Below, one piece after another: positions 48,093-59,068 of a stretch of DNA of 64,000 bases. Position 1 is the first letter of the stretch. Every line of letters starts with the position of its first letter. The notes beneath the pieces are model-generated. The model saw only the letters and a list, made by a program, of their open reading frames with translations, was not told where the DNA came from and made no database searches. The position numbers were made by a program, and so were the translations under genes. Source of the stretch: an uncultured Gammaproteobacteria bacterium (GTDB lineage: Bacteria; Pseudomonadota; Gammaproteobacteria; UBA9214); NCBI GenBank assembly GCA_963748215.1, contig CAVVHS010000008.1:1-64000 (forward strand), given 5' to 3'.

Positions 48093-49646
48093 ATGATCAG
48101 CGTTTTGCAGCAACAGGTCAAGGCAATCAGCATGGACATCCCCTACCGGCATAGCGAAAAAATCAAGCTGAATCAGCACCCAAAAGACCTGACACCGTCG
48201 GCGGTCGACGCCCTGGCGGCGGTCATCCTGCTGGTGCCGGACAAGCCTGGCAAGGCGGTGTGGGAACGGCTGCCCTATGCGGACATTCTCAAGCCGCGCT
48301 GGCAGCGTCAGCTGCGCCGCGATCCGGACAGCGACTGCCTCATCACCGACCTGCCCAATCGCAGCGGCACCCGCATCTTCCTGCAGGCCATCAAGCCGGA
48401 TGGCACGGCGTATGCCGGCCTGGACCGGGCGCGCAAGCTGGCCGACGCGCTGCGCAAGCTCGATCCGGCCGTGGCCGGCATCCAGCTCGCCGGGTTCGAC
48501 CCGGCCAGCGGCGACCGCCTGCTGGAACAGCTGGCCGCCGCGTTGCTGGCCGGTGCCTGCCCGATGCCGAGCTTCAAGTCGAAACCCGAACCCGCAGCCG
48601 CGCTGAAACAGCTGGACATCCATGGCCTGCAGGAGACGGTCGACCTGGCCCAGGTCCGGGCAGAGACGGTCGGCAATCACCTGGCACGCTGGCTGTCCGC
48701 GCTGCCGGGCAATGAACTGACGCCCGGCAGCTACCGCGCCTTCGTGGCGACACTCGCCAGACAGGAAGGCTGGCGCCTGCAGTTCCTCGACCGCAAGGCG
48801 CTCGCCAGGAAAAAGGCCGGCGCGTTTCTCGCCGTCTGCCAGGGCAGTCCGGAGCCGGATGCCGGCATCGTGCACCTGCAATACCGTCCGCAGGCGCGCG
48901 GCAAAAAACTCGCCCTGGTCGGCAAGGGCATCTGTTTCGACACCGGCGGCGTCAACGTGAAACCGGCGAAGTACATGAACGGCATGCACGAGGACATGCA
49001 GGGCAGCGCGGTGGCGCTCGGCACCCTGCTGGCACTGAGCCGGCTGAAAACGAAGCACCCGGTCGACTGCTGGCTGGCGCTGGCGGAAAACCACATCGGC
49101 AGCCGCGCCTACAAGCCCAACGACGTGGTCACCGCCTGCAACGGCACAACCATCGAGGTCAAGCACACCGATGCCGAGGGCCGCATGATCCTGGCCGACA
49201 CCCTGGCGCTGGCGAGCCGGACCAAACCGGCCGTCATGATCGACTACGCGACGCTGACCGGCGCCTGCATCTACTCGCTGTCCTCGCGCTACAGCGGCGT
49301 GTTCAGCAACCGCGATGCGCTCAATGCGACCCTGATCCAGGCCGGGCGTGACAGCGGCGAACGCGTATGGCCGTTCCCGCTGGACGAGGATTTCGACGAG
49401 GCACTCAAGTCGGACGTCGCCGACACCCTGCAGTGCACCCTGGAGGGCGAGGCCGATCATATCCTCGCGGCACGCTTCCTGAAGCGTTTCGTCGACGACA
49501 GCATCGACTGGATCCATGTCGACCTGGCCGCCAGCAATCACAAGGGCGGGCTTGCGCATGTGCCGACCGACACTACCGGCTTCGGCGTACGGCTGACCCT
49601 GAACCTGCTGCGCCAGCAGGCCATCCTGGACGGCACGTGGAACTGA
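48093..49646 (+). CDS. M17 leucyl aminopeptidase family protein
   Basis: LVGKGICFDTGG, DMQGSA, HTDAEGRMILAD, DYATLTGA, WIHVDLA; start uncertain. Confidence 0.93.
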   Translation: MISVLQQQVKAISMDIPYRHSEKIKLNQHPKDLTPSAVDALAAVILLVPDKPGKAVWERLPYADILKPRWQRQLRRDPDSDCLITDLPNRSGTRIFLQAIKPDGTAYAGLDRARKLADALRKLDPAVAGIQLAGFDPASGDRLLEQLAAALLAGACPMPSFKSKPEPAAALKQLDIHGLQETVDLAQVRAETVGNHLARWLSALPGNELTPGSYRAFVATLARQEGWRLQFLDRKALARKKAGAFLAVCQGSPEPDAGIVHLQYRPQARGKKLALVGKGICFDTGGVNVKPAKYMNGMHEDMQGSAVALGTLLALSRLKTKHPVDCWLALAENHIGSRAYKPNDVVTACNGTTIEVKHTDAEGRMILADTLALASRTKPAVMIDYATLTGACIYSLSSRYSGVFSNRDALNATLIQAGRDSGERVWPFPLDEDFDEALKSDVADTLQCTLEGEADHILAARFLKRFVDDSIDWIHVDLAASNHKGGLAHVPTDTTGFGVRLTLNLLRQQAILDGTWN

Positions 49647-50668
49647 CCCTGACCCGGCCCGATGACTGGCACCTGCATGTGCGCGACGGTGCCGCGCTCG
49701 CGGCCGTGATCGCGCACACGGCACGCCAGTTCGCGCGCGCCATCATCATGCCGAACCTGCAACCGCCGGTCACCAGCGTCGAGCAGGCGCGCGCCTACCG
49801 CGCACGCATCCTGGCGGCCCTGCCTGCGGACAGCGGATTCGATCCCCTGATGACACTGTATCTGACCGACAACACCACGGCATCCGACATCGAGGCGGCC
49901 GCGGCCGACGACAGCGTGTACGCCGTGAAACTCTACCCCGCCGGCGCCACCACCCATTCGGATGCCGGCGTGACCGACATCAGCAATACCTGGGCGGCAC
50001 TGGAGGCGATGCAGAGCCGCGGCCTGCCGCTGCTGGTGCACGCCGAGATCACCGATACGGTGGTTGACGTGTTCGACCGCGAACGGGTGTACATCGACCG
50101 GGTGCTGGAACCGCTGGCGCGCCGCTTCCCGGCGCTGAAGATCGTGCTGGAACACGTCACCACACAGGACGGCGTGGATTTCGTGCAGGCCGGAGGCAGC
50201 AACATCGCGGCGACCGTCACCGCGCATCACCTGCTGCTGAACCGCAATGCCATGTTCCAGGGTGGCCTGCAGCCGCATGCCTACTGCCTGCCGGTCCTGA
50301 AACGCGAAACCCATCGCGACGCACTGGTGAAGGCCGCGACCGGCGGCAGCGGCAAATTCTTTCTCGGCACCGACAGCGCACCGCATGCCCGCGAACGCAA
50401 GGAAAGCAGTTGCGGCTGTGCCGGCATCTACACCGCGCACGCCGCGCTGGAACTGTACGCCCAGGCCTTCGAGGATGCCGGCGAGCTCGACAAGCTGGAG
50501 GGCTTTGCCAGCCACTTCGGCGCGGATTTCTACGGCCTGCCACGCAACTCCGGCAGCATCACGCTGGTCAGGGAAGACTGGCAGGTGCCGGACAGCTATC
50601 CCCTGGGTGATTCCACTGTCATACCGATGCACGCCGGCAAAACACTGCACTGGCGGCTCAGGGACTGA
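49637..50668 (+). CDS. pyrC: Dihydroorotase (homodimeric type)
   Basis: RPDDWHLHVRD, KLYPAGATT, YCLPVLK, GTDSAPH; GTG start overlaps the preceding gene. Confidence 0.97.
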   Translation: MELTLTRPDDWHLHVRDGAALAAVIAHTARQFARAIIMPNLQPPVTSVEQARAYRARILAALPADSGFDPLMTLYLTDNTTASDIEAAAADDSVYAVKLYPAGATTHSDAGVTDISNTWAALEAMQSRGLPLLVHAEITDTVVDVFDRERVYIDRVLEPLARRFPALKIVLEHVTTQDGVDFVQAGGSNIAATVTAHHLLLNRNAMFQGGLQPHAYCLPVLKRETHRDALVKAATGGSGKFFLGTDSAPHARERKESSCGCAGIYTAHAALELYAQAFEDAGELDKLEGFASHFGADFYGLPRNSGSITLVREDWQVPDSYPLGDSTVIPMHAGKTLHWRLRD

Positions 50669-50720
50669 CGTCTTGTGGCGGCCATCCGTTTCCGGTGGCA
50701 GCTGTTGTATAACTTCACTA

Positions 50721-51114
50721 ATGGCCACGGAAACACACGGAACTTCACGGAAGAACACTGAAAAATTACATCCATGTAGGGTGCGTTTTACGCACCAGGG
50801 CTGGTGCACGAAGTGCACCCTACAACCTTTTCCCTGGATTCCGGTCTGCGCTGGAATGACGGAATTAATCAGCGGTTCGTCAATCATCTGAATTCAGCTG
50901 TCTGTCATTATCAACTGCCTCGCAACCGCATTATAATTTTTCCGTGTTCTTCCGTGGATTCCGTGGCAATTTTTCTTTTCACGTTTCACGCCCCACCTCA
51001 GCCGCAGGGAGGCACCCCGGGCGCTGTCACGGTGCGTAAAACGCACCCTACACCTGCGCCCTGGGGTACGGGTAAGGCAACCTTCCGTGTCATTCCGTGT
51101 GTTTCCGTGGCCAT
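50721..51114. repeat. Left arm of ~390-bp inverted composite repeat
   Basis: Reverse complement of 52419-52803 in the same module order (CACGGAA array, REP doublet, GGAATCC palindrome, TTTCACG, REP, CACGGAA array). Confidence 0.9.
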
Positions 51115-51186
51115 TACCTTGCATGCTTCAGCGTGGCCGTCAGTGATTGCATCGCATTGGCCGCCCCGATTCGGTATGCTAGGCGG

Positions 51187-51852
51187 ATGCTGACAGAGTC
51201 CGAAAAATCACCGATCGCGCGACGTTTCCGCGGCTTTCTTCCGGTCGTGGTGGATATCGAGACCGGCGGGTTCAACGCGAAACGCGACGCCATGCTGGAG
51301 ATCGCCGCCGTTACCCTGGACATGGATGAAGAGGGTTTCATCTGCCGCCGGGAAACCATCGCCTGTCACGTCGAACCGTTTCCCGGCGCCAACCTGGACG
51401 CGGAGTCGCTGGCGTTCACGGGTATCGATCCCTACAACCCGTTTCGCATGGCCAAGCCGGAGCGCGATGCACTGGAGATCATCTTCAAGCCGGTGCGACG
51501 GCTGATCCGCTCCAGTGGTTGCAATCGTGCGATCCTGGTCGGCCATAACGCCGCCTTCGACCTGTCGTTCCTGAACGCCGCCGTCACGCGCAGCGGCATC
51601 AAGCGCAATCCGTTTCATCCCTTCAGCACCTTCGACACGGTGCCGCTGGCGGGGATGGCATACGGCCAGACCGTGCTGGCCCGAGCCGTGGAAGCGGCCG
51701 GCTTCGACTGGAGTAATGACAAGGCCCATACCGCCATTTACGATACCGAAAAGACAGCCGATCTCTTCTGTTCCATCATCAATCGCTGGAACGAGCTCAG
51801 CCTGCACCACGCAGGTTCCGACACTCACCGGCAGCAACAGCAAGGTAATTAA
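51187..51852 (+). CDS. rnt: Ribonuclease T
   Basis: [44 protein letters not shown]. Confidence 0.98.
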   Translation: MLTESEKSPIARRFRGFLPVVVDIETGGFNAKRDAMLEIAAVTLDMDEEGFICRRETIACHVEPFPGANLDAESLAFTGIDPYNPFRMAKPERDALEIIFKPVRRLIRSSGCNRAILVGHNAAFDLSFLNAAVTRSGIKRNPFHPFSTFDTVPLAGMAYGQTVLARAVEAAGFDWSNDKAHTAIYDTEKTADLFCSIINRWNELSLHHAGSDTHRQQQQGN

Positions 51853-51855
51853 CAC

Positions 51856-52410
51856 ATGTCAGACTTACCCGACCTGAACGAACAGATCCTGATATCCCAT
51901 ACAGGACTGATACACCGCGTGGTCATGCACTGCAATAACCCCGGCTCGGTACCGGATATCGAACAGGTACTGCAGCAGGCAGAAGCGAATGACTGGAAGC
52001 AGCTGGTTACTGCCATCCGCGACATCATGTCCGGCAAGCGCGACGAAAGCGTCCTCCTGGGACTGGATGACGAGGACCGGGTGATTGCCGAGTCAATCCT
52101 GAAGGGATTGCAGGACCCGGCCACGCTGCCGCCGCTGCAGACGGACATCGAGTCCGGCATGGCTGCCCCGGGTATCGCCGGTCTCATCCACGCCTCGCGG
52201 AATGGCAATGCACAGGCCCTGCACATCATCGGCAACATCGCCCAGCAGATGCTGTCAGCCGGCGGTGACATGGGCATTCTGGCCGGTCGCCTGCGCCCGC
52301 TGGTGGAAGGCGAACGCGACACGGACAAGCTCACCGAAAAGATGTCTGACAAGGGTCAGAAACTGATGATGGACATCATCGAGGAACTGCTCAAACTCGA
52401 GGCGAACTGA
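51856..52410 (+). CDS. Conserved hypothetical helical protein
   Basis: Starts 4 nt after the rnt stop; normal codon usage. Confidence 0.82.
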   Translation: MSDLPDLNEQILISHTGLIHRVVMHCNNPGSVPDIEQVLQQAEANDWKQLVTAIRDIMSGKRDESVLLGLDDEDRVIAESILKGLQDPATLPPLQTDIESGMAAPGIAGLIHASRNGNAQALHIIGNIAQQMLSAGGDMGILAGRLRPLVEGERDTDKLTEKMSDKGQKLMMDIIEELLKLEAN

Positions 52411-52418
52411 TTTAATTT

Positions 52419-52803
52419 ATGGCCACGGAAACACACGGAATGACACGGAAGGTTGCCTCACCCGTACCCCAGGGCGCAGGCGTAGGGTGCGTTTTACGCA
52501 CCATGACAGCGCCCGGGGTGCCCTCCCTGCAGCTGAGGTGGGGTGTGAAACGTGAAAAGAAAAATGGCCACGGAATCCACGGAAGCACACGGAAAAATTT
52601 CAATGCGGGTGCATTGTGGTTAATAACGACAGACAGCTGAATTCAGCCGCTTGACGAATTGCTGATATACCCCGTCATTCCGGCGCAGGCCGGAATCCAG
52701 GGAAAAGGTTGTAGGGTGCACTTCGTGAACCAGCTCTGGTGCGTAAAACGCACCCTACATTGATGTAATTTTTCCGTGTGCTTTCGTGTGATTCCGTGGC
52801 AAT
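52419..52803. repeat. Right arm of ~390-bp inverted composite repeat
   Basis: Reverse-complement match to 50721-51114, including the unique spacer sequences. Confidence 0.9.
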
Positions 52804-52809
52804 TTATAA

Positions 52810-53136
52810 TTACCCCGCCGCACCCGCCATGGCTTCCTTGACCAGCTTCTGCAACTCGCCCTTCTGGTACAGCTCCAGCGTGATGTCGCAGCCGCCGATC
52901 AGTTCCCCGTTGATGTAGATCTGCGGGAAGGTCGGCCAGTTGGCATAGCGCGGCAGGTTCTGGAAGACCTCCTGGTCGGCCAGCACGTTGACATGTGCAA
53001 ACGGCTCGCCACAGGCGGCCAGCGCCTGCGCCGCACGGCTGGAATAGCCGCACTGTGGCAGTTGCGGCGTGCCCTTCATGAAAATGACCACCGGGCTGCC
53101 TTTCACCGCCGTATCGATACGCTCCATTACATCCAT
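52810..53136 (-). CDS. grxD: Monothiol glutaredoxin Grx4
   Basis: FMKGTPQLPQCGYS, WPTFPQ, GGCDI. Confidence 0.97.
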   Translation of the reverse strand: MDVMERIDTAVKGSPVVIFMKGTPQLPQCGYSSRAAQALAACGEPFAHVNVLADQEVFQNLPRYANWPTFPQIYINGELIGGCDITLELYQKGELQKLVKEAMAGAAG

Positions 53137-53220
53137 TATCTTACCCTCGTGAATTTAGAACAGGTACAAATCCTATTGGGGCAGTGTACCCCTGTTACAA
53201 GGCTGAAATAAAGCGACCGC

Positions 53221-55003
53221 TTACAGGGATTTGTCGATATTGCACTGCAACCAGAACTCGAGCAGGGCCAGATGCCACAGCTTGTTGCCCTGGATGCGCG
53301 TGTGCTGCCCTTCCGGGTTTGCCAGCAGTTCGTCCACGTAGTCACGCCGGTACAGGCCACGATTCCGGCAGGCGTCGGAATTGACCACGTCGCGCACGAA
53401 CGCCAGCACCTCGCCGCGCACGAACTTCAGCGCCGGCACCGGAAAATAACCCTTGGGACGGTCGATCACGATATCCGGCAACAGGCCGCGCGCGATGACC
53501 TTGAGCGGGTGCTTGCCACCGGAACGCAGTTTCACCTCGGGTGGCATGCATGCCACCAGCTCGACCAGGTGCTGGTCGAGGAACGGCACGCGCGCCTCCA
53601 GACCCCAGGCCATGGTCATGTTATCCACGCGCTTGACCGGATCGTCGACGATCAGCGTGGTCACGTCATAGGCCAGCACGCGGTTGATGAAGCGGTCGGC
53701 GCGGAAGCCAGCCAGCCCGTGCGCCACCCGCGGCGTGGTGTAGTCGATGCCGTGATAACGTGGATCGACCATGCGTTGCCACTCTTCGTGGTCACGATCG
53801 AAGTAATGCGGCGCGAATCGCTCGATGTCGGTACCATGTGCATCCTGCATGCGCGGATACCAGAAGTAACCGCCGAACACCTCGTCCGCGCCCTGCCCGC
53901 TCTGCACCACCTTGACGTGCTGCGACACGCGCTCGCCGAGCAGGTAGAACGCCACGGCATCCTGGCTGACCATCGGTTCGGCCATGTTGGCGACGGCCTC
54001 GGGCAGACGCGCCAGCACTTCGCTGTTGGGAATGGTGAAACGGTGATGGCGCGTACCATACAGCTCCGCGACCAGGTCGGAATACTGGAACTCGTCGCCC
54101 TTTTCCTCCGGCTGGTCCTCGAAGCCGACCGAGAAGGTGAGCAGATCGCTGCAGCCGGCCTCGGCCAGCAGCGCCACCAGCAGGCTGGAGTCCAGTCCGC
54201 CGGACAGCAGCAGGCCAACCGGCACATCCGCGATCTCGAGGCGTTTCCTGATCGCCTGTTTCAGGGTCTCGTGTGCCGCCTCGATCCATTCCCATTCGGT
54301 GTACTGCTGGCGGCAATTCGCGGACATCGAGGTGCCAGTAACGGCGCAGCGTCCTGCGCGGCTGCGGCGTGACCGTCAGGCTGTAGCCAGGTGCCAGCTT
54401 GCGCAGGCCGCGCAGCAGGGTGCGCGGCGCCGGCACCACGGCATGGAGTGTGAAATGATGATGCAGGGCCACCGGGTCGATGGCGGTATCCAGCCCGCCG
54501 GCCGCCAGCAGTGCCTGGCTGGTCGAGGCGAAGCGGATACCCTGGCGCGTGAAACTGTAATACAGCGGCTTGATGCCGAATCTGTCGCGCGCCAGGAACA
54601 GCTGTTGCCGGCGGCTGTCCCAGATCGCGAAGGCGAACATGCCGTGCAAGCGGGTCGGACAGTCCTCGCCCCACTGGGCATACGCCCTGAGAATGACCTC
54701 GGTATCGCCGTCGGAAACGAAATGATGACCGAGCGCCTGCAGCTCCTTGCGCAGTTCCGGGTAGTTGTAGATGGTGCCATTGAAGACCAGTGCGAGTCCG
54801 GCCGCGTCATCGCGCATGGGCTGCGCGGCACGTTCCGACAGGTCGATGACCGCCAGTCGCCGGTGTCCCAGCGCGACCGGGCCGTTGAACCAGGTGCCGC
54901 TGCCGTCCGGTCCGCGCCGCGCGAGCGCATCCGTCATCCGGCCGAGCATGCCCCGGTCCGGCGTCTGTCCGTCAAAGCGCAACTCACCGCAGATTCCGCA
55001 CAT
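53221..55003 (-). pseudogene. Asparagine-synthase-family amidotransferase (N-acetylglutaminylglutamine amidotransferase-like), split by a frameshift near 54305-54330
   Basis: Frame 1 MCGICGE...GHRRL...RDRFGIKPLYY; frame 2 LLSGGLDSS, SGQGADE, VKRVDNMTMAWGLEARVPFLD; single-base indel (real or an error). Confidence 0.85.
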
Positions 55004-55039
55004 CGTCTTTAGTCAGCCCCGTCCCATCATGCAACAGTA

Positions 55040-55368
55040 AAAGGTGTCAGATCCCTTTTTCTGTCATCACGAAAAATTATTCATGTCTCATTTGCCAGAA
55101 AAGGGTTCTGATCCCACTGCTGTCCAGCAAATACTCCCTCTCCCTCCGGGAGAGGGTTGGGGAGAGGGGCTCAAATCAAGCCATCTTCCTGATTTTCTAT
55201 CCCCTCTTCCTGTCCTTCTCCCGGCGGGAGAAGGGACGCAGTGTTTGTAGAGCTAGGCCCGGGTTTCATGTTCTTGCGCGTTCAACCAGCAAGCAAAACA
55301 CTGTCATTCATGGATTTGCCGATAGTTCAGTTTATGCTTATGGGACAGCACTGATCTGATCCCTTTTT
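55040..55368. repeat. Repeat mosaic (CCCTCTCCC/GGGAGAGGG element plus TCAGATCCC units)
   Basis: CCCTCTCCCTCCGGGAGAGGGTTGGGGAGAGGG...TTCTCCCGGCGGGAGAAGGG; three (G/T)C(A/T)GATCCC units. Confidence 0.7.
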
Positions 55369-55370
55369 AC

Positions 55371-56909
55371 TTACTGCGGACTGCCCCAGCCGCCACCGCC
55401 GGGGGTCTCCAGCACCAGTGTTTCTTCACTGGCAACTTGCAGGGTGATCTTGCCCGGCAAAAGTTCCGCGCCGCGCCGGTTGACACCGCATGCGCCGGGC
55501 GCGCCGCCATTGAGGCCCCAGGGTGCATGCCGGCGACGCTCGGTCAGCAAGGTGACCGTGGCCGGTGCGAGAAAGCAGAATTCGCGCACCAGCCCGTCAC
55601 CGCCGCGGTGCAGGCCCGCCCCGCCGGAACCGTCGCGCAGCTGGTAGCGGTTGATGCGCAGCGGGAAATTCATCTCCAGCACTTCGATCGGTGTATTCAG
55701 CGTATTGGTCATGTGTGTCTGCACGGCGCTCAGGCCATCGTACACAGGGCCCGCACCCGCGCCACCGGCGAGGGTTTCGTAGTAATCCCAGCAAAAGCCT
55801 TTCGAACGCGCGCCCATGGCCAGGTTGTTCATCGTACCCTGACTGGCGGCCGGCACGCTATCGGGCAGGGCCTGCGCAAGCGCGCCCATGACCGCATCGA
55901 CAATCCGGCTGCTGGTCTCCACGTTGCCGGCCGCCACCGCCGCGGGATAGCCTGCGTTCAGCAGGCAGCCGGCCGGGGCCCGGAGACGGATGTTGCAAAA
56001 ACTGCCGGCACAGGCCGGTGTCTGTGCCGGCATCAGGCAGCGGAACACGTACAGCACGGCGGCGGCGGCCACGGACAGCGGGCAATTGATGTTGCCTTCC
56101 ACCTGCGCGGCCGTGCCTGCGAAGTCGACCTCGACAGCGCCGTTGCTGACGCGCAGGGTGACGGCAATGCGGATATCCTGCTGCCCCTGCCCGTCATCGT
56201 CCATGACGTCCTCGAAGCGATAGCTGCCATCCGGGATGCCCGCCAGCGCCCGCTGCGCCAGGCGCGCACCGTAATCGTTGACCGCGTCCAGTCCGGCGCG
56301 GTAGCGATCGACACCGGCCTGCGCGGCCAGCGCCGCCAGTTGCCGCACGCCGGAATGGTTGGCGCTGATCTGCGCCGCCAGGTCGCCGCGCATCTGCAGC
56401 GGGCTGGCGGTGGCCTGCGTGATGCGCTGCATGACCTCCGCCACGGCTTGCCCGGCCCGCAGCAGGTGCACCGGCGCGATGACCAGGCCCTCCTCCTCCA
56501 GGTGCCGCGACACCGGCATCGAGCCCGGCGTGTGAGCCCCGATATCCGCGTGATGGGCACGGTTGGCGACGAAGCCGACCAGTTCCCGGTCGACGTGCAC
56601 CGGCGCGATCAGCGTGACATCCGGCAGGTGGGTGCCTCCCAGGTACGGATCATTGACGATCACCATGTCATCCTGCGCCCAGTCGAGCCGCGCCACCAGG
56701 TCGCGCATGGCGAACGCCATGCTGCCGAGATGGACGGGAATGTGCGCCGCCTGTGCGCACAGCTCACCGTCAGCGTCGAACACCGCGCAGGAATAATCCA
56801 GCCGGTCCTTGATGTTGGTCGAGAACGCGGCTCGCCGCAGCACGGCGCCCATCTCGTCGCAGACGGCAGTGACCTGGCTGACAAACAGGCTGAGCTCGAT
56901 GGCATTCAC
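55371..56909 (-). CDS. Hydantoinase B/oxoprolinase family protein
   Basis: NIKDRLDYSCA, HIPVHLGSM, NDPYLGGTHLPD, GNVETS, ETPGGGGWG. Confidence 0.94.
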   Translation of the reverse strand: MNAIELSLFVSQVTAVCDEMGAVLRRAAFSTNIKDRLDYSCAVFDADGELCAQAAHIPVHLGSMAFAMRDLVARLDWAQDDMVIVNDPYLGGTHLPDVTLIAPVHVDRELVGFVANRAHHADIGAHTPGSMPVSRHLEEEGLVIAPVHLLRAGQAVAEVMQRITQATASPLQMRGDLAAQISANHSGVRQLAALAAQAGVDRYRAGLDAVNDYGARLAQRALAGIPDGSYRFEDVMDDDGQGQQDIRIAVTLRVSNGAVEVDFAGTAAQVEGNINCPLSVAAAAVLYVFRCLMPAQTPACAGSFCNIRLRAPAGCLLNAGYPAAVAAGNVETSSRIVDAVMGALAQALPDSVPAASQGTMNNLAMGARSKGFCWDYYETLAGGAGAGPVYDGLSAVQTHMTNTLNTPIEVLEMNFPLRINRYQLRDGSGGAGLHRGGDGLVREFCFLAPATVTLLTERRRHAPWGLNGGAPGACGVNRRGAELLPGKITLQVASEETLVLETPGGGGWGSPQ

Positions 56910-57117
56910 GCGCAAATTCACCCGACGGCTTTCGCCCGCAGCAATTTGCGGGCACAGGAACAACTACTCTAACTCAATGCTTTAATGACAGAAAACGGTA
57001 ATCAAGCATATTGCAAATGGGCCAACGCTCCCGTATCCTCCATTTCCCGACTGTTTCAGTCACCTATTTCAAACAATCCACGTGGCGCACGTCACGGGCC
57101 TAGGGAGTCAAAAAGCA

Positions 57118-57705
57118 ATGAATCCGTTAACTTCTATCTGGGGAACCATCATTTCCGGCTTTGTCCTGGCAGTACTGATCGTGCTGGGTGTGGGCGTATC
57201 GGAAGTCAGACTGTGGGCCATTGAGGTCTGGGCACACGTGCTGGTCGGCATCACCTGGATTGGCCTGCTCTACTACTTCAACTTCGTCCAGGTACCGGCC
57301 GTCGGCGAGGCGCTGGGTGACAAGGACGGCCCCGGCCCGGCCGCCATCAACAAGTACGTCGCGCCGCGCGCCCTGCTGTGGTTCCGCTGGGCCGCCGTCG
57401 CCACCTGGCTGACCGGCGCCGCGGCACTGGAAACCATGCCAGGCAGCAGCCTTGTCGGCGCGTTCACGTTGTCAGAAGGGCTGGTTGTCATCGGCATCGG
57501 CGCCTGGCTGGGCACCATCATGCTGTTCAACGTCTGGGTGCTGATCTGGCCGAACCAGAAAAAGATCCTCGGCATGGTACAGGCCAGCCCCGAAGAGATT
57601 GCCGGCGCCAAGAAGGTTGCCCTGATGGCCTCGCGCACCAACACCCTGCTCTCCATCCCCATGCTGATGTGCATGACCGGCCATATGCACGGTCTGCCGT
57701 TCTGA
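57118..57705 (+). CDS. PuuD-like (urate hydroxylase family) membrane protein
   Basis: HVLVGITWIGLLYYFNF, WFRWAA, NVWVLIWPNQKK, SRTNTLLSIPM. Confidence 0.82.
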   Translation: MNPLTSIWGTIISGFVLAVLIVLGVGVSEVRLWAIEVWAHVLVGITWIGLLYYFNFVQVPAVGEALGDKDGPGPAAINKYVAPRALLWFRWAAVATWLTGAAALETMPGSSLVGAFTLSEGLVVIGIGAWLGTIMLFNVWVLIWPNQKKILGMVQASPEEIAGAKKVALMASRTNTLLSIPMLMCMTGHMHGLPF

Positions 57706-57769
57706 TCCAGGGCAGGGCTTCCTGACGAAGCAGTCGTAACGACAGGCCGGTTTGTCTCCGGCACAGGCA

Positions 57770-57802
57770 GCAAACCCGGTCCCTGACCGGGTTTGCGCTT
57801 TT
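57770..57802 (+). terminator. Intrinsic terminator
   Basis: GCAAACCCGGTC-CCT-GACCGGGTTTGC followed by GCTTTT. Confidence 0.65.
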
Positions 57803-57883
57803 CCGGCCCGGGACTATAGAATCGGCCTTCGTCATACTGGCAGTCTGCACAGGCTGCCTTTTCTATTTTGGGTAGTACGAACC

Positions 57884-59068
57884 ATGTCCGAGCATCTTAT
57901 GTCGACCTATAACAGGCTGCCCGTGCAATTCGAGCGTGGTGAAGGCGTCTGGCTGTGGGACAGCGAGCACCGGCAATACCTCGACGCCCTGGCCGGTATT
58001 GCCGTGTGCGGCCTGGGCCACGCCCACCCCGCGGTCACCCGGGCCATCTGCGAGCAGGCGGGCAAGCTGGTGCACACCTCGAACCTGTACGGCATCGACC
58101 TGCAGACGCAGCTGGCCGATCGCCTGTGTGCGTTGTCGGGCATGGACCGCGTGTTCTTCTGCAACTCCGGCGCGGAATCCAACGAGGCCGCCATCAAGAT
58201 CGCACGCCTGTACGGCCACAGCCAGGACATTGCCTGCCCGGCCATTATCGTGATGGAAAAGAGTTTCCACGGCCGTACGCTGGCCACGCTGACCGCGACC
58301 GGCAACCGCCGCATCCAGGCCGGTTTCGAACCGCTGGTACAGGGTTTTCTGCGCGTGCCCTACAATGACATCGAGGCACTGCGCAGTATTGCCGCCGGCA
58401 AAAACGACGCCGTTGCCGTGCTGGTCGAACCGGTGCAGGGCGAGGGCGGCATTAACATACCGGACCCGACCTACCTTGCGGACATCCGCGCCATCTGTGA
58501 TGAACAGGGCTGGCTGATGATGCTGGACGAGATCCAGACCGGCATGGGCCGCACCGGACAGTGGTTTGCCTGGCAGCACACGAATGCACAGCCTGACGTG
58601 TTCACGCTGGCGAAATCGCTCGGCAACGGCGTGCCGATCGGCGCCTGCCTGGCGCGCGGCAAGGCAGCCGAATTGCTGCAGCCGGGCATGCATGGCACCA
58701 CCTTCGGCGGCAACCCGCTGGCCTGCAGCGCGGCCCTGGCTGTGCTCGACAGCATCGAGGACGAACAGCTGGTCGCGCATGCCGCCACGCTCGGCAAGTA
58801 CCTGCTGGACGGTTTCAACGCCGTCCTGTCCGGTGTCACGGGCGTCGTGGCGGTACGCGGCCACGGCCTGATGCTGGGCATCGAACTCGACCGTCCCTGC
58901 GCGGCACTGGTCGGCAAGGCACTTGACCAGGGACTGCTGATCAACGTCACCGCGGAGCGGGTGATACGCCTGCTGCCGCCGCTGATCATCACCCAAAAAC
59001 AGGCCGACTTGATCATCGAAGGGGTCAGCGGCCTGGTCAGCGATTTACTCAACGGACCCGCGACATGA
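57884..59068 (+). CDS. argD: Acetylornithine aminotransferase
   Basis: [49 protein letters not shown]; upstream of argF. Confidence 0.95.
   Translation: MSEHLMSTYNRLPVQFERGEGVWLWDSEHRQYLDALAGIAVCGLGHAHPAVTRAICEQAGKLVHTSNLYGIDLQTQLADRLCALSGMDRVFFCNSGAESNEAAIKIARLYGHSQDIACPAIIVMEKSFHGRTLATLTATGNRRIQAGFEPLVQGFLRVPYNDIEALRSIAAGKNDAVAVLVEPVQGEGGINIPDPTYLADIRAICDEQGWLMMLDEIQTGMGRTGQWFAWQHTNAQPDVFTLAKSLGNGVPIGACLARGKAAELLQPGMHGTTFGGNPLACSAALAVLDSIEDEQLVAHAATLGKYLLDGFNAVLSGVTGVVAVRGHGLMLGIELDRPCAALVGKALDQGLLINVTAERVIRLLPPLIITQKQADLIIEGVSGLVSDLLNGPAT

Noticed and set aside
50721-52803. Composite transposon carrying rnt
   Set aside because: The arms encode no transposase and rnt is in its expected position after pyrC
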